Shown: in pieces, positions 21,301 to 30,684 of the stretch
Position numbering within the stretch: position 1 is the first letter of the stretch
Layout of the letters: each line of letters starts with the position of its first letter
NCBI GenBank assembly: GCA_965214605.1
Contig: OZ243961.1
Coordinates: 384,001 to 448,000, forward strand
Direction of reading: 5' to 3'
DNA length: 64,000 bases
Origin: an uncultured Candidatus Binatia bacterium
Lineage (GTDB): Bacteria; Desulfobacterota; Binatia; Bin18
The notes under the pieces: generated by a model
The model's input: the letters and a program-made list of their open reading frames with translations, nothing else
Database searches by the model: none
Told to the model about the DNA's origin: nothing
Program-made: the position numbers and the translations under genes

Positions 21301-21928
21301 CAAACACGAAGCTGGTATCGTGGACAATGGAGCCGACCGACAGGTCTAGGGCATGGAAAATAGGACCCATCCACTGCACGTCGCGGCGGGCCAGATAGTC
21401 ATTAACAGTCACCAGATGCGTACCGTGCCCGAGCAGGGCGTTGAGATAGAGCGGCAGGGTGGCGACCAGCGTCTTCCCCTCGCCAGTCTTCATTTCGGCA
21501 ATGCGTCCCTGGTGGAGAACCATACCGCCGATGAGCTGACAATCAAAATGGCGCATACCGGTGACCCGTCGGGAGGTCTCACGGACGACGGCAAAAGCCT
21601 GGGGCAGGAGCGCATCCAGGGACTGGGCTTCGGCGTCGCGCAGCTCTTCTTCGATCTTCTCGCAGTCCTCTTTGAGGTACTCTTGTTCCTCCAGAGTTTC
21701 TTCCTGTGCAAGCCGGGCTTTGGCCTCCGCTAATTGACTACGCAGAGCTTGGGTCGCGGTTTTGATAGACGCCCGAAACTCATTCGTTTTGGCACGCAGC
21801 TGGTCCAGGCTCAAGGCTTCCATTTCGGGCTCAAGCGCGTTTATCGCTTCAACCAGTGGACGCATTTTCTTGAGCTGTCTGTCGTTACTGCTGCCGATGA
21901 CCTTATGAAACAAGGTTTTCCACGACAT
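18353..21928 (-). CDS. secA: Preprotein translocase ATPase SecA with large insertions
   Basis: [34 protein letters not shown] and C-terminal [19 protein letters not shown]. About 1190 aa because of two helical insertions. Confidence 0.97.
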   Translation of the reverse strand: MSWKTLFHKVIGSSNDRQLKKMRPLVEAINALEPEMEALSLDQLRAKTNEFRASIKTATQALRSQLAEAKARLAQEETLEEQEYLKEDCEKIEEELRDAEAQSLDALLPQAFAVVRETSRRVTGMRHFDCQLIGGMVLHQGRIAEMKTGEGKTLVATLPLYLNALLGHGTHLVTVNDYLARRDVQWMGPIFHALDLSVGSIVHDTSFVFDPSHVVKDYRFLNLRPVSRQEAYQADVTYGTNNEFGFDYLRDNMKFSNEEYAQGELHFAIVDEVDNILIDEARTPLIISGPAEESTEKYYTLNRVIPRLQKDLDYAIDEKQRNATLTEEGVSKVERILGVKNLYDPSEISILHHVNQALRAHALFKRDVDYVLKDGEVIIVDEFTGRLMPGRRWSEGLHQAVEAKEGVRIREENQTLATITIQNYFRMYHKLGGMTGTADTEAIEFKKIYSLDVVVIPPNKGMLRQDFPDMVYKTEREKFRAVADDIAECHHRGQPVLVGTVSVEKSERLSKLLKKKNIKHNVLNAVNHEAEANIIAQAGRLGGVTIATNMAGRGTDILLGGNPEFLARVEIEKTWLKKTAPAQTKTKSYEESLEELREAYNESLTQARQRYEPGWKPHEETRNAALSRLSETYRPFLHASFQKARADYQTLTAQIDFMAGPPATDILQQYAQACGTYEHALTEYDKVVGPSLPEERREEYETVCADYAGLLAEDVSPQAADRLEVMRDRYERVLDEYGQAIVRVAEVVLSDNGEVGQHFERAQRAYQEAQRAYDEADQLYEEKRQPYEAAVAEAERIYEEQRRERVKVVEEVREQLEKSPDVYQRAFDTALAKYRATCAQERDKVVATGGLHILGTERHEARRIDNQLRGRAGRQGDPGSSRFYLSLEDDLLRIFGADRIQGIMDRLGMEEGEPIEHGMVSKAIENAQRRVEARNFDIRKHLLEYDDVMNKQREVIYDQRRTFLTSDNLSAEVLEMIEEVAKKTVGFYLSEDLPPEEWDWKALDDALFRQFNFRLSLSEEEKHNSEADSLSEAVHDKILAIYREREENFTPPVLHYLEKVILLQTMDALWKDHLLSMDHLKEAVGLRGYGQKNPLQEYQKEGFALFEQLHDRMRAEVVEKLFTVQIARQEDVQKMEARQAQPRRPISMSHGQDPQQPPAPATQVRRNEPKVGRNDPCPCGSGRKYKKCHGA

Positions 21929-22184
21929 CGTCATCCCCTCGGTGCTGTACAGTTGGTGCAAGTTTTCTTAGCATAGCATGTTCCGTCGGAAAGCAGGAAC
22001 GAGGCTATTTAAGCGGCTCCCCTCTCTACGGACAAGAGTGAAGGTATCAAAAACGTTCCAGTTGCGACGGCCGGGCTTTTGTCGCTAAAATTGAGCGGTG
22101 AGCCTCAAGCGTCCGGACCAGACACGGCACCCTCCCTCCTACGCCTCTCCTCCGTCCACAGGCATCAGCGGCCCGCCAGCTCGC

Positions 22185-22814
22185 ATGTCTCGGTGGGCCG
22201 CCGTATTGGCAGGTCTGCTTGTGGGCCTGTGGAGCTGTTCATCCCCTCCGCCTCCAGGTTTCCCGCCTCCGCCCCACCTTCCGGCCCCGCCCCCTGCTCT
22301 CGCTCCACCCGGCCCGCCACGCCTGCCAGAACGGCTTGATACTGACAAGGTCCTCCCCTGGGCGGCAGAGGAAAAAGTTTTTCTGGTAGTCGATAAGGGC
22401 TGCCAGCTACTCCGAGTGTATCAGCACGGTCAGCTTGTCCAGAGCTATCCGATCGTGTCTGCACGTCAGGACGGACACAAGCTGTACGAGGGCGATCAAC
22501 GCACGCCGGTTGGCCTGTACATGATTATCGAAAAACGCCGGCATCCACGTTGGTCGCATTTTATGCTGTTAGATTATCCGACCGTGTTTGATGTAGTCCG
22601 CTACCGACGCCACCTCAAAAATGGTCAGATTCCGCGCCGAAACGGAAGCGGTCCGGGCCCGGGGGGTGAAATCGGAATTCACGGGACAAGCTATATCGAC
22701 CTCAATAAAGCCAGGGTCAACTGGACGATCGGCTGTATCTCACTGTTTAATTCAGACATCCGAGCACTGTACCGCGCAACCCCTAAAGGAACCTTGGTGT
22801 ATATCAAGGAGTAA
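22185..22814 (+). CDS. L,D-transpeptidase (YkuD family) lipoprotein with Pro-rich linker
   Basis: Lipobox LWSC, EGDQRTPVG, IGIHGT...WTIGCISL catalytic motif. Confidence 0.85.
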   Translation: MSRWAAVLAGLLVGLWSCSSPPPPGFPPPPHLPAPPPALAPPGPPRLPERLDTDKVLPWAAEEKVFLVVDKGCQLLRVYQHGQLVQSYPIVSARQDGHKLYEGDQRTPVGLYMIIEKRRHPRWSHFMLLDYPTVFDVVRYRRHLKNGQIPRRNGSGPGPGGEIGIHGTSYIDLNKARVNWTIGCISLFNSDIRALYRATPKGTLVYIKE

Positions 22815-22911
22815 GCGCGATTTCACATGAGATTCTGTGCCTGACAAGACTGAAGCATCAGGGAATTGTACTACGACAGGATGAGACCTTTGGCAGACAA
22901 TTCTTGAAGTA

Positions 22912-22949
22912 AGGGCTGAGCTGTTTCACGCGAAACAGCGCCGCAGCCC
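22912..22949. terminator. Hairpin between convergent genes; core resembles a parS palindrome
   Basis: gggctg-a-gctgtttcacgcgaaacagc-gccg-cagccc. The core tgtttcacgcgaaaca (22922-22937) differs by one base from TGTTTCACGTGAAACA. Confidence 0.45.
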
Positions 22950-22952
22950 GTT

Positions 22953-23711
22953 CTATGCCATGACCTGTCCACCGCACACCAACAGATATTCTCCGGTGAC
23001 AAAACTGCTCAGCTCAGAGGCAAAAAACAGCGCCGCATTGGCCGTATCCTCAACCGTTCCAGATCTGCGTAGCGGCACCTGTTTTTCATGCTTTTCTTGG
23101 GCTTCGGGAGTCAGCATGGTTCTGACCTCTTGGGTCAGGGTCAGACCGGGCGAGACAATATTGACCGTAATATTGTACGGACCGACTTCGACCACCAGGT
23201 TGCGGGTGAAACCCAACATCGCGGTTTTAGCTGACGTATAGCCGTGGTAAGAGAGCCGAGGTTGATGGATGCCGATGGTATTGACACTGATGATGCGTCC
23301 CCAACGACGATCTTTCATGCCTGGCAGCACAGCTTGGCAACACACAAAGGCTGCTTTCAGGGTGGTATCAATCTGCTCTTGCCACTCGGCCCAGATACTA
23401 TCGACAAAAGATTTGCGCGGCACCCCAGCCGCATAATTGCTGACCAGAATATCAACTTGGCCAAAGGCCTGCTCGGCCTGGGCAAGCATGTCAGCAACCT
23501 GGTTCTCATCAGTAATATCGGCTTTAACAAAAAGGGCCTGACCGCCCGCCGAAGCAATCTCGTCGAGAACTTGTTGGGGATCTCCCTCGTCCTGCACCTG
23601 ATTAATCACCACCTTAGCACCCGCCTGGGAAAAAATCTGAGCAATACCGGCTCCTGTTCCACGGCACGAGCCGGTGATGAGCGCGACCTTACCTGTTAAC
23701 AGCATCAGCAA
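22953..23711 (-). CDS. SDR family oxidoreductase (FabG-like)
   Basis: TGSCRGTG, YTSAK, NIVSPG. Confidence 0.88.
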   Translation of the reverse strand: MLMLLTGKVALITGSCRGTGAGIAQIFSQAGAKVVINQVQDEGDPQQVLDEIASAGGQALFVKADITDENQVADMLAQAEQAFGQVDILVSNYAAGVPRKSFVDSIWAEWQEQIDTTLKAAFVCCQAVLPGMKDRRWGRIISVNTIGIHQPRLSYHGYTSAKTAMLGFTRNLVVEVGPYNITVNIVSPGLTLTQEVRTMLTPEAQEKHEKQVPLRRSGTVEDTANAALFFASELSSFVTGEYLLVCGGQVMA

Positions 23712-23791
23712 TCCTCATGTCAAAAATTGTAAATATGATATAACTTCTTGAAAAAGAAAGAAGTTTCGTTCCTTTTTTCTTCTCTCGCCTC

Positions 23792-24946
23792 TTACCTTCC
23801 CGGCTGGAGTGCAAGGCCGCGGATAGCCATGATATTGCGCAGCACATTGCTCGTTCCGCCCTGGATTGTGTACGCCGGTGCGTAGAGATATTCGCGGGCC
23901 GCCCGTCCGGCTAAACGGGTTGCCGACGAACCTGGCATGAGGACCGCATAGTCCCCAAGTAAACCGCTGACAGTGTTGGCGATACGCTGCTCAACCTCGG
24001 TGCAGTAGCACTTGGCCATGGCCGCTTCATAGTTTGGGACTCCGCCCTGGGTCAACATCCAGGCCACCCGGTAAACCATTGAGCGCCCAAGTTCAAGCTC
24101 GATGTGCAGTTCGGCCAACTTGTTGCGGACGAGCGGATCTTTGGCTTGGCCGGTTTGTTTAGCATAGGCGACCGCGTCACGAAACAGGGGATAATTGCTG
24201 AGCAAACGTTCAATTCCGCTCCGTTCGTAATCAAGCTGGGAAGCAATCTGATACCAGCCGCGGTTCTTCTCGCCAATCAGCCACTCTTGTGGGACTTTCA
24301 CATTCTCAAAGAACACCTCGTTAAAGTGGTGCTCGCCAACGATATCGATCAAAGGACGCACGTCGATCCCAGGCGTCTTCATGTCAACCATGAACTCGCT
24401 TATGCCCTTATGCTTTGGCGCGTCGGGATCGGTCCGGGCCACCAGATAGGCGTAGTCTGCCACATGGGCAAAACTAGTCCAGATTTTTTGACCGGTCAGC
24501 GAGAAATGGTCTCCCTCCTCAACCGCCCGCGTTCGCAGCGAGGCCAGGTCAGAGCCCGCTCCGGGTTCGCTCATACCGAGACAGAACACGATCTCCCCCT
24601 TGGTCACCCGGGGTAAGATCGTCGCCTTTTGCTCCTCACTACCGTAGGCCAGTAACGCCGGTCCAACCTGCCGATCCCCGAGCCAGTGCGCGGCAACCGG
24701 CGCGCCAGCCCGCAAGAGCTCCTCGGTCAGGATCAGGCGATCCATATAGGTTTTTTCTTGGCCCCCGTACTGTTTTGGCCAGGTCAGTCCGATCCAGCCC
24801 CGGGCACCGAGCTTTTGCGAAAATTCCCGCGAGAAACCCGTAATCCAGCCGTCCTCAATCGGCATCTGATCGGCCAACTCGTGGGCTAGAAAATCACGGA
24901 TTTCGGTCCGGAACGCTTCTTGTTGAGCGGTCAGGGCAAATTCCAT
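23792..24946 (-). CDS. Acyl-CoA dehydrogenase family protein
   Basis: GMSEPGAGSDLASL, GQKIWTS, TIQGGTSNV. Confidence 0.92.
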   Translation of the reverse strand: MEFALTAQQEAFRTEIRDFLAHELADQMPIEDGWITGFSREFSQKLGARGWIGLTWPKQYGGQEKTYMDRLILTEELLRAGAPVAAHWLGDRQVGPALLAYGSEEQKATILPRVTKGEIVFCLGMSEPGAGSDLASLRTRAVEEGDHFSLTGQKIWTSFAHVADYAYLVARTDPDAPKHKGISEFMVDMKTPGIDVRPLIDIVGEHHFNEVFFENVKVPQEWLIGEKNRGWYQIASQLDYERSGIERLLSNYPLFRDAVAYAKQTGQAKDPLVRNKLAELHIELELGRSMVYRVAWMLTQGGVPNYEAAMAKCYCTEVEQRIANTVSGLLGDYAVLMPGSSATRLAGRAAREYLYAPAYTIQGGTSNVLRNIMAIRGLALQPGR

Positions 24947-24955
24947 TCTGTTCCC

Positions 24956-27100
24956 CTATAGGGCAATGAGTTCCTCAGTGTCTCGCGAGCAGTGTATATG
25001 GAGGTCAAGTTGGCTGTCTTCGTCAAAATCTTGAGCTAAAATCCAGGTCTGCTCAATCTCACCGCTGATGCGAGGCAGGACGGCAAGGGTTTGCCGCTTG
25101 CGCTCGGCGTCAAAAAAAGCAAACGGCTCATCCAGTATAAGACACTCTTCGCCCTGGACGGTGGAAGAAATCAGAGCTTGGGACAGAGCCAAACGGACCG
25201 CTAGCATCAACTGTACATAGGTGCCACCAGAGATCTCGCTCAAGCTCACAAAGTCGCCCTTGTCTTGAGACAAGGCCTGAAGGTCTAAGTCTTCACTGAC
25301 CCGGACATTCGCATACCGCTGCTCAGTCAGCAGCGGCACAACCCGACTGGCCACCTTTTGCAGTTCGAGATTGAAGCTGCCGAGCAAACGGGGATGCGTG
25401 CTGTCGATCAACTGTTGGGCGGCTCGGCGCACGGCAATTTGCCCCACCCGCTCACCACGATCCTTTTCGAGGTCAGCAATCTGCTGCTCAAGCTCCTTGG
25501 CCGTATCCCGGCGAGACTCCTCATGAATAATCTCTTGGTCCAGACACGTCAGTTCTTTCTTATAGCTGTCAAGTTGGCCGGTGTATCGCTTCACCTCGGC
25601 CTCAAGCCGTTCTTGGGTTTGACACACCGTCTGTTCACACTCGGCAAGCGCGCTGCGCAGCTCAGCGAGTGCTGTCCGGACTCCCTCTTCCATCACTAGG
25701 GACGCCCCTTGTCCTTCGGCAAAACCGGCGACCGAAGCCGATAGTTGATCATCATCAATATTTCGCAAGGTCGCTACCTGTTCAGCCACCGATAGTTGTC
25801 CAGCCCGGTCAAGCGTTTGCATCTCGCGGCGGATCGTATCGTCCTGGAGATCAACCCGGACAAGTTCCTGGCGATAGCTGACCACATCGGCCGCCCGAAA
25901 GATGGCAAACACCCAAAAAACAAAAGCGAAACCGACAGTACCGAACGCATAGGCGGTCTGCCCCATGAACAGGACACCAAACGTGGCCGCTATGCCCAGG
26001 GTGCCCAGCCCGACCATCAGCGCTCGCCCCCGGCGGACGGTCTCCAGTTGATCGCTCAGAGTCGCCCGACGTTCAGCTAAGGGCTTCACAGAGTTGTCCT
26101 GCTGGGGACGACGCTCGCCTTCACCGATTAACCAGGCCTGACGCTCGCGCCGGTCCGAGACGTGTTGCTGGACCGAATCAAAAGCGCCTAGTTGGTTCTC
26201 CAGCTTGTCCAACCAAGAGTTCAGGTCGGCACTCGCCGCCGCATCGGTTCCGACGGCTTGATAAGCATCGGCTAGCTCTTGGCTGGCCGCGTTCAAGTCG
26301 CGTGCTCGGTCTTGCCACTCGGCCAGCGAGCTGGCCGGACCAGCCTCGGCGAGGTGCTCAACCTGCTGGGCGACCCGCTGGACAGCGGTCTGCAAAGCGG
26401 CTGAGGCGCTTGTCCTCTGGCGAATCCTGGTCTCAGCCTGGTTCACCGCATCCAGCCTCGACTGACGTCGGGTCTGGAGTTGGCCCAGCGCGGCCTCTTG
26501 AATATCCAGGTCGCCCAACTGTTGCCGGGGCGTACTGATTTTCGATTCGAGCGGAATGAGAGCTTCTTGAGCCTCCCGTATTTCGGCTTCGCACTCAGCG
26601 GAGATGTTATTGAGGGTTTGGATTCCGGATAGCGTCCGGACCGTCTGTTTCAACACCTCAGGAGCTACCACGTTCCGCTGGGCCAGATAGAAAGAATCAA
26701 CAAAGTGCTGGTAGGTAAAACCACCTAGCTGGACAATCGCTTCATTCACCGCCTCCAGACCGCGTGCCAGGGGCATTGACGCCCCATGCTGGGCGAGTTG
26801 GGCGGTGCGGGTGTCATCGCCATCAAACTGACGGCTGACTGTATACGTGTTGCCGTCCCGGCCTCTGAAATCGACCCACAGAGCACCCGAAAACTGGTCC
26901 CATTTGATGATCTTGGCCAGTTCCTGGGCATCAACCGTAGAGGTTCGGCCGAACAGTGCCAGACAGATAATCTCAACAATTGAGGTTTTGCCAGACTCGT
27001 TGGGGCCGCTGATACCGATAATGCCGGTCGATGGCAGATTAGCCAGGTGGAGCTTCGCGTAACGGAGGATATTCTCGGCTCGAATCTGGCTGATAATCAT
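24956..27100 (-). CDS. Rad50/SbcC (YhaN-like) ABC-type ATPase with central transmembrane hairpin
   Basis: Walker A GPNESGKTS, long coiled coils, two hydrophobic helices at about aa 358-400, signature ISGG, Walker B/D-loop LILDEPFAFFD. Confidence 0.85.
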   Translation of the reverse strand: MIISQIRAENILRYAKLHLANLPSTGIIGISGPNESGKTSIVEIICLALFGRTSTVDAQELAKIIKWDQFSGALWVDFRGRDGNTYTVSRQFDGDDTRTAQLAQHGASMPLARGLEAVNEAIVQLGGFTYQHFVDSFYLAQRNVVAPEVLKQTVRTLSGIQTLNNISAECEAEIREAQEALIPLESKISTPRQQLGDLDIQEAALGQLQTRRQSRLDAVNQAETRIRQRTSASAALQTAVQRVAQQVEHLAEAGPASSLAEWQDRARDLNAASQELADAYQAVGTDAAASADLNSWLDKLENQLGAFDSVQQHVSDRRERQAWLIGEGERRPQQDNSVKPLAERRATLSDQLETVRRGRALMVGLGTLGIAATFGVLFMGQTAYAFGTVGFAFVFWVFAIFRAADVVSYRQELVRVDLQDDTIRREMQTLDRAGQLSVAEQVATLRNIDDDQLSASVAGFAEGQGASLVMEEGVRTALAELRSALAECEQTVCQTQERLEAEVKRYTGQLDSYKKELTCLDQEIIHEESRRDTAKELEQQIADLEKDRGERVGQIAVRRAAQQLIDSTHPRLLGSFNLELQKVASRVVPLLTEQRYANVRVSEDLDLQALSQDKGDFVSLSEISGGTYVQLMLAVRLALSQALISSTVQGEECLILDEPFAFFDAERKRQTLAVLPRISGEIEQTWILAQDFDEDSQLDLHIHCSRDTEELIAL

Positions 27101-27297
27101 CGAATATCCCTCAGGTCACGGTGCTTGAGTTTGCGCAGGACAAGTTCACACGCCCGCTGGTACAGCCCTTCGTCAAAGTCGGGCTGAAGGCTGCGCAGGC
27201 GCTCTATTTCGGCCGCACTCTGACGGGTAAACTCGTGGGCTAAATCACTGAGATCAAACGCTTGGATGATAGTAGGGCCTTTGTCCGATGTTGTCAC
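27097..27297 (-). CDS. Small helical protein coupled to the SbcC-like ATPase
   Basis: 66 aa; ATGA overlap with the ATPase start; purine-rich RBS (GGGAGAGAG) before the GTG. Confidence 0.65.
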   Translation of the reverse strand: MTTSDKGPTIIQAFDLSDLAHEFTRQSAAEIERLRSLQPDFDEGLYQRACELVLRKLKHRDLRDIR

Positions 27298-27526
27298 TCA
27301 CTCTCTCCCTCACCTGAAATGAAAGCTAAAAGTCCCCACGAGTTTAGTTAAAGAAATTTTAGCAGGTCCGCAAGGGCGGTCGCTATATTCGTAGCAGTGA
27401 AAGATTTCTAGGCCGATCCGACGCAGGAAATCATAACGGCAGTCTATGCCGTCGGTGACAGAAAAGGCGAGGCTTGGGAGATCAGGGGCCGGGCGAAGAA
27501 GACCAGGAGCGGCATAAGACGGCTGT

Positions 27527-28519
27527 TTATGATCGTTCTCTACTAGCTTCGTCATGCCCGCCAAAGGTGTGGCGCATGGCTGACAACACCTTCTCAGCAA
27601 ACGTGTGGGTGTGGCGAGAACGAAACCGGGCGTACAGGGCGGCAGACAAAACCTGCGCCGGCACCGCTTCCTCAATGGCAGTCATAACTGTCCAGCGTCC
27701 TTCACCCGAGTCTTCGACAAACCCGGTGTAGTCGTCAAGGTCGGGACTCTCTGTCAGTGCCCTCGCTGTCAGATCAAGCAGCCACGAAGAGATGACGCTC
27801 CCACGCCTCCAGACCTCGGCAATATCGGCCAGATTGAACTCATAGCGGGAGTTCTGCGGAAGGTCGGACTGATTGGCATTGCGAAGAATATTAAAGCCCT
27901 CAGCATAGGCTTGCATCAGTCCGTACTCGATCCCGTTGTGGATCATTTTCACAAAATGGCCAGCCCCAGTCGGTCCGCAGTGTACATAGCCGTGTTCGGC
28001 CGTTCCACCCACGGCTCGACCCGGCGTGCGATGGGCCTGGTCCTGGCCCGGAGCAAGGCTGCGAAAGATCGGATCGAGCCGTTGGACGACAGCCCCAGGC
28101 CCACCGATCATCAAACAATAGCCGCGTTTCAATCCCCACACTCCACCGCTGGTGCCCACGTCAAGATAGTGAATCCCTTTTGGCTCCAAGGCTTGGGCGC
28201 GTCGAATATCGTCTTTAAAATAACTGTTCCCCCCGTCAATAATAATATCTTCAGCCGCTAAACCCTGGGCCAGAGTGGAAAATACTCCTTCGGTGGCTGG
28301 ACCGGCTGGCAGCATGATCCATACCGCGCGGGGCGGGGTGAGATGTAGGATCAGGTCACTGATAGAGGTCGCTCCGCGCGCACCCTCATTAACGAGTTGT
28401 CCCATCTTGTCGAGGTCTTGATCATAGACGACACACTCGTGGCCGCCCAGCAGCAGCCTGCGGACTAGGTTTGCTCCCATACGCCCCAGGCCAACCATAC
28501 CAATTTGGTCGATTTGCAT
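27527..28519 (-). CDS. gnd: 6-phosphogluconate dehydrogenase, decarboxylating (short form)
   Basis: [41 protein letters not shown]. Confidence 0.93.
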   Translation of the reverse strand: MQIDQIGMVGLGRMGANLVRRLLLGGHECVVYDQDLDKMGQLVNEGARGATSISDLILHLTPPRAVWIMLPAGPATEGVFSTLAQGLAAEDIIIDGGNSYFKDDIRRAQALEPKGIHYLDVGTSGGVWGLKRGYCLMIGGPGAVVQRLDPIFRSLAPGQDQAHRTPGRAVGGTAEHGYVHCGPTGAGHFVKMIHNGIEYGLMQAYAEGFNILRNANQSDLPQNSRYEFNLADIAEVWRRGSVISSWLLDLTARALTESPDLDDYTGFVEDSGEGRWTVMTAIEEAVPAQVLSAALYARFRSRHTHTFAEKVLSAMRHTFGGHDEASRERS

Positions 28520-28603
28520 GTCGATTCCTCGTCTAGATCGCTATGCACCGCTAGTCCGGGATGTCGACAGAGCAGACGAACGTCACCACGACGGGAGTTG
28601 CCC

Positions 28604-28945
28604 TTATCCCACGTGCTCGCGCCAGCGTTTCAGCTTCAGGCGAATATAATCCGGCTCTAGCCTTAACACCGCGCATATGTTGACAAAAGAAAAGGGCCAG
28701 CTCTCCTCGTCCGAGAAAATCCATTCCTCAGCTTCGTTGGCCAAGCGCTGTGCTCGACGGCCACTCTTTAGACATTGCTTTTGAAAACACGCTATGGCTT
28801 CCTCAAGCACGGCTCGCATCAGAGCGATTTCTCCGCCCTCCGGCGTCTGATCTCGAGCAGTATGGAACTGCTCGGGTAAGACCACGGCGGAATCTCCCAA
28901 AAGCTCACGCTGAAACAGTTCGGTTTGATACACAGCTTTTTCCAT
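28604..28945 (-). CDS. Conserved hypothetical protein
   Basis: Helical 113-aa protein (LMRAVLEEAI...EAEEWIFSD...WPFSFVNICAVL) with a GAGGGGG RBS and a sigma54 promoter. Confidence 0.75.
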   Translation of the reverse strand: MEKAVYQTELFQRELLGDSAVVLPEQFHTARDQTPEGGEIALMRAVLEEAIACFQKQCLKSGRRAQRLANEAEEWIFSDEESWPFSFVNICAVLRLEPDYIRLKLKRWREHVG

Positions 28946-29010
28946 ATCGTCCCCCCTCGTTTCCCCCAGACTGATCGGAAAATATATGGGGCAATCTCTT
29001 CTATGGAATG

Positions 29011-29027
29011 AGCAAATTATGTGCCAA
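29011..29027 (-). promoter_or_regulatory. Sigma54 (-24/-12) promoter
   Basis: Minus strand reads TTGGCACATAATTTGCT, matching the TGGCAC-N5-TTGC consensus, about 65 bp upstream of CDS 28945. Confidence 0.75.
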
Positions 29028-29106
29028 AAATGGTCTTTTACACCTCAGCCTTCCAGACGTCAGCGACTTGTCGGTTTAGTATTTTCAGGCTGAGCTATAT
29101 CATTTC

Positions 29107-29124
29107 GATACGTCCGAACGTATC
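29107..29124. promoter_or_regulatory. Candidate enhancer (UAS) palindrome
   Basis: gatacgt-ccga-acgtatc, about 80-100 bp upstream of the sigma54 site. Confidence 0.4.
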
Positions 29125-29161
29125 AATTATGTATACCGGGTGATCAGTGCTTGTGTGTGAG

Positions 29162-29806
29162 CTAGTCTTTGCGGCGACGGTCTTCTGCACCATGTGAGAT
29201 CAGGTAATCGACAATCTCTTGGCGTTGGTATTGCCAGGCCGACAGCATCGGCGTATAGCCACTGGTATTTTCGGGATCAACGTCCGCCCCCCCCTCAACC
29301 ATGGCCGCAACGGTTTCAAGGTGGCCCTCTCCAGCCGCCCAATGTAGAGCGGTATTACCCCGCCGATCTTGGACTGCGGTGCTGGCCCCGGCGGCCATCA
29401 AGGCTTTGGCCACCTCGGTATGACCGCCTTCTGCGGCAAAAAATAAGGCACTCCACTGATCTACATCCTGCTCATCGAGGTCAACGCCGGCCTCGATCAA
29501 TAGTTGGGTATGTTCCAGATTCCCCTGCTGGGCGGCGGATCGTAATGAGGCTGAGGAAATAGCGATACCGGCGGCTTCGAGCTTTTGGCGGGCCTCCTGC
29601 TGAGAAGCCGGGTCAATTTGCGGTCTCGTGTCAGCCATTTGTGTTTCGGCTGGAGCTTGTTCCTGCCCACTCGGTCCCTGCCCCACGCCCTCCTGCGGGC
29701 CCGCGGCTTGTTCTTGTGGTGCAGATGGATCCTGCGAACTTGTTTGACAGCCGAGCAGAAAACAGACCAGAAGCAGCAGACTCCCTCCGATGCGGAAACA
29801 CACCAT
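29162..29806 (-). CDS. Ankyrin-repeat lipoprotein
   Basis: Lipobox LLGC, Q/P-rich linker, about 4 ankyrin repeats (SALFFAAEGGH, TALHWAAGEGH, GYTPML). Confidence 0.88.
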   Translation of the reverse strand: MVCFRIGGSLLLLVCFLLGCQTSSQDPSAPQEQAAGPQEGVGQGPSGQEQAPAETQMADTRPQIDPASQQEARQKLEAAGIAISSASLRSAAQQGNLEHTQLLIEAGVDLDEQDVDQWSALFFAAEGGHTEVAKALMAAGASTAVQDRRGNTALHWAAGEGHLETVAAMVEGGADVDPENTSGYTPMLSAWQYQRQEIVDYLISHGAEDRRRKD

Positions 29807-29928
29807 ATTCTCCCTCCTTCAAGCGACATCCCGACCGCGCCCTATAGCGTGTAAAACTCATTCGTGTCAACGAACGAGACTCTTGGAAAAGCCCTATACG
29901 CCTGTGACGAAGACGCTGCAGTGGCGGC

Positions 29929-30570
29929 CTAGGATACCACGGCGGATTTGGCAGGTTTCAAGATCACCCGGTTCCAATACACGATTAATGGGACAAGCGC
30001 TATCGTCGGGGCCAGCCACAGCACGAAGGCTGGAGAGAACTGAAAGTTTGTCACCACGAAGGCCGTAACCGCCGCGATCGTCCCGCCCAACATACGGGAT
30101 AAATGGGCGGCAATACGCCGCTTCCCCGTTAGGGGTTTCCGACGAAACCGCCTCAAATCATACAGGCCGAAGCTCCCTCCAATCCCACCAAAAGCAAGCA
30201 TCACAATTCCCAGCGTCTCTCCAGACAGCAGCATCCTGCCGCCAAAAACGATCATCCCCGCTCCGGCCGTGGTCATGGCCCCAGCCGCCACCCAATCGAG
30301 TCGAGAAGGCTGGCCAGTTCGATTCCGGGCAATCCGCCAGCCCGTCAAGGCTTGATAGAAGCTAAATATCGCGACTAAGAGTAAAAAGAGATTGGCCCGT
30401 AGGAGGGTCATCGGCAACGCCGTAACAAAAACAACCAGCATCCCCCAAAAGAACCCACGTCCACCATAGGCATGCCAAGATTGCCCTTTTCTTGTGAACA
30501 TGGCGCAAAACGCGGTCAGCAAACAGCAAAAGCCAGCTACGATATGAATCGGTAGCAGGAGTTCGTACAT
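29929..30570 (-). CDS. Membrane protein (DUF2306-like)
   Basis: HIVAG..KG..WH..GR; AHLSRMLGGTIAAVTAF; about 6-7 TM helices. Confidence 0.7.
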   Translation of the reverse strand: MYELLLPIHIVAGFCCLLTAFCAMFTRKGQSWHAYGGRGFFWGMLVVFVTALPMTLLRANLFLLLVAIFSFYQALTGWRIARNRTGQPSRLDWVAAGAMTTAGAGMIVFGGRMLLSGETLGIVMLAFGGIGGSFGLYDLRRFRRKPLTGKRRIAAHLSRMLGGTIAAVTAFVVTNFQFSPAFVLWLAPTIALVPLIVYWNRVILKPAKSAVVS

Positions 30571-30627
30571 TGGCAGTCCTCTTTTTTCAAGATAGTCGAA
30601 AAACAGACTGGCAGAAAAAATCTTTCT

Positions 30628-30656
30628 TTGTTCTTTCTATGACTTCGCACTATAAT
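30628..30656 (+). promoter_or_regulatory. Sigma70-type promoter
   Basis: TTGTTC-N17-TATAAT upstream of CDS 30685. Confidence 0.5.
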
Positions 30657-30684
30657 ATGCTTCAATCCTGACGAGGAGGAGACG

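Noticed and set aside
22230-22330. C-rich low-complexity tract as a DNA repeat
   Set aside because: It encodes the proline-rich linker of the L,D-transpeptidase.
24956-27100. Wadjet JetC or Lamassu LmuB
   Set aside because: No jetABD genes or LmuA-type effector are adjacent, and the central TM hairpin fits YhaN-like proteins better.
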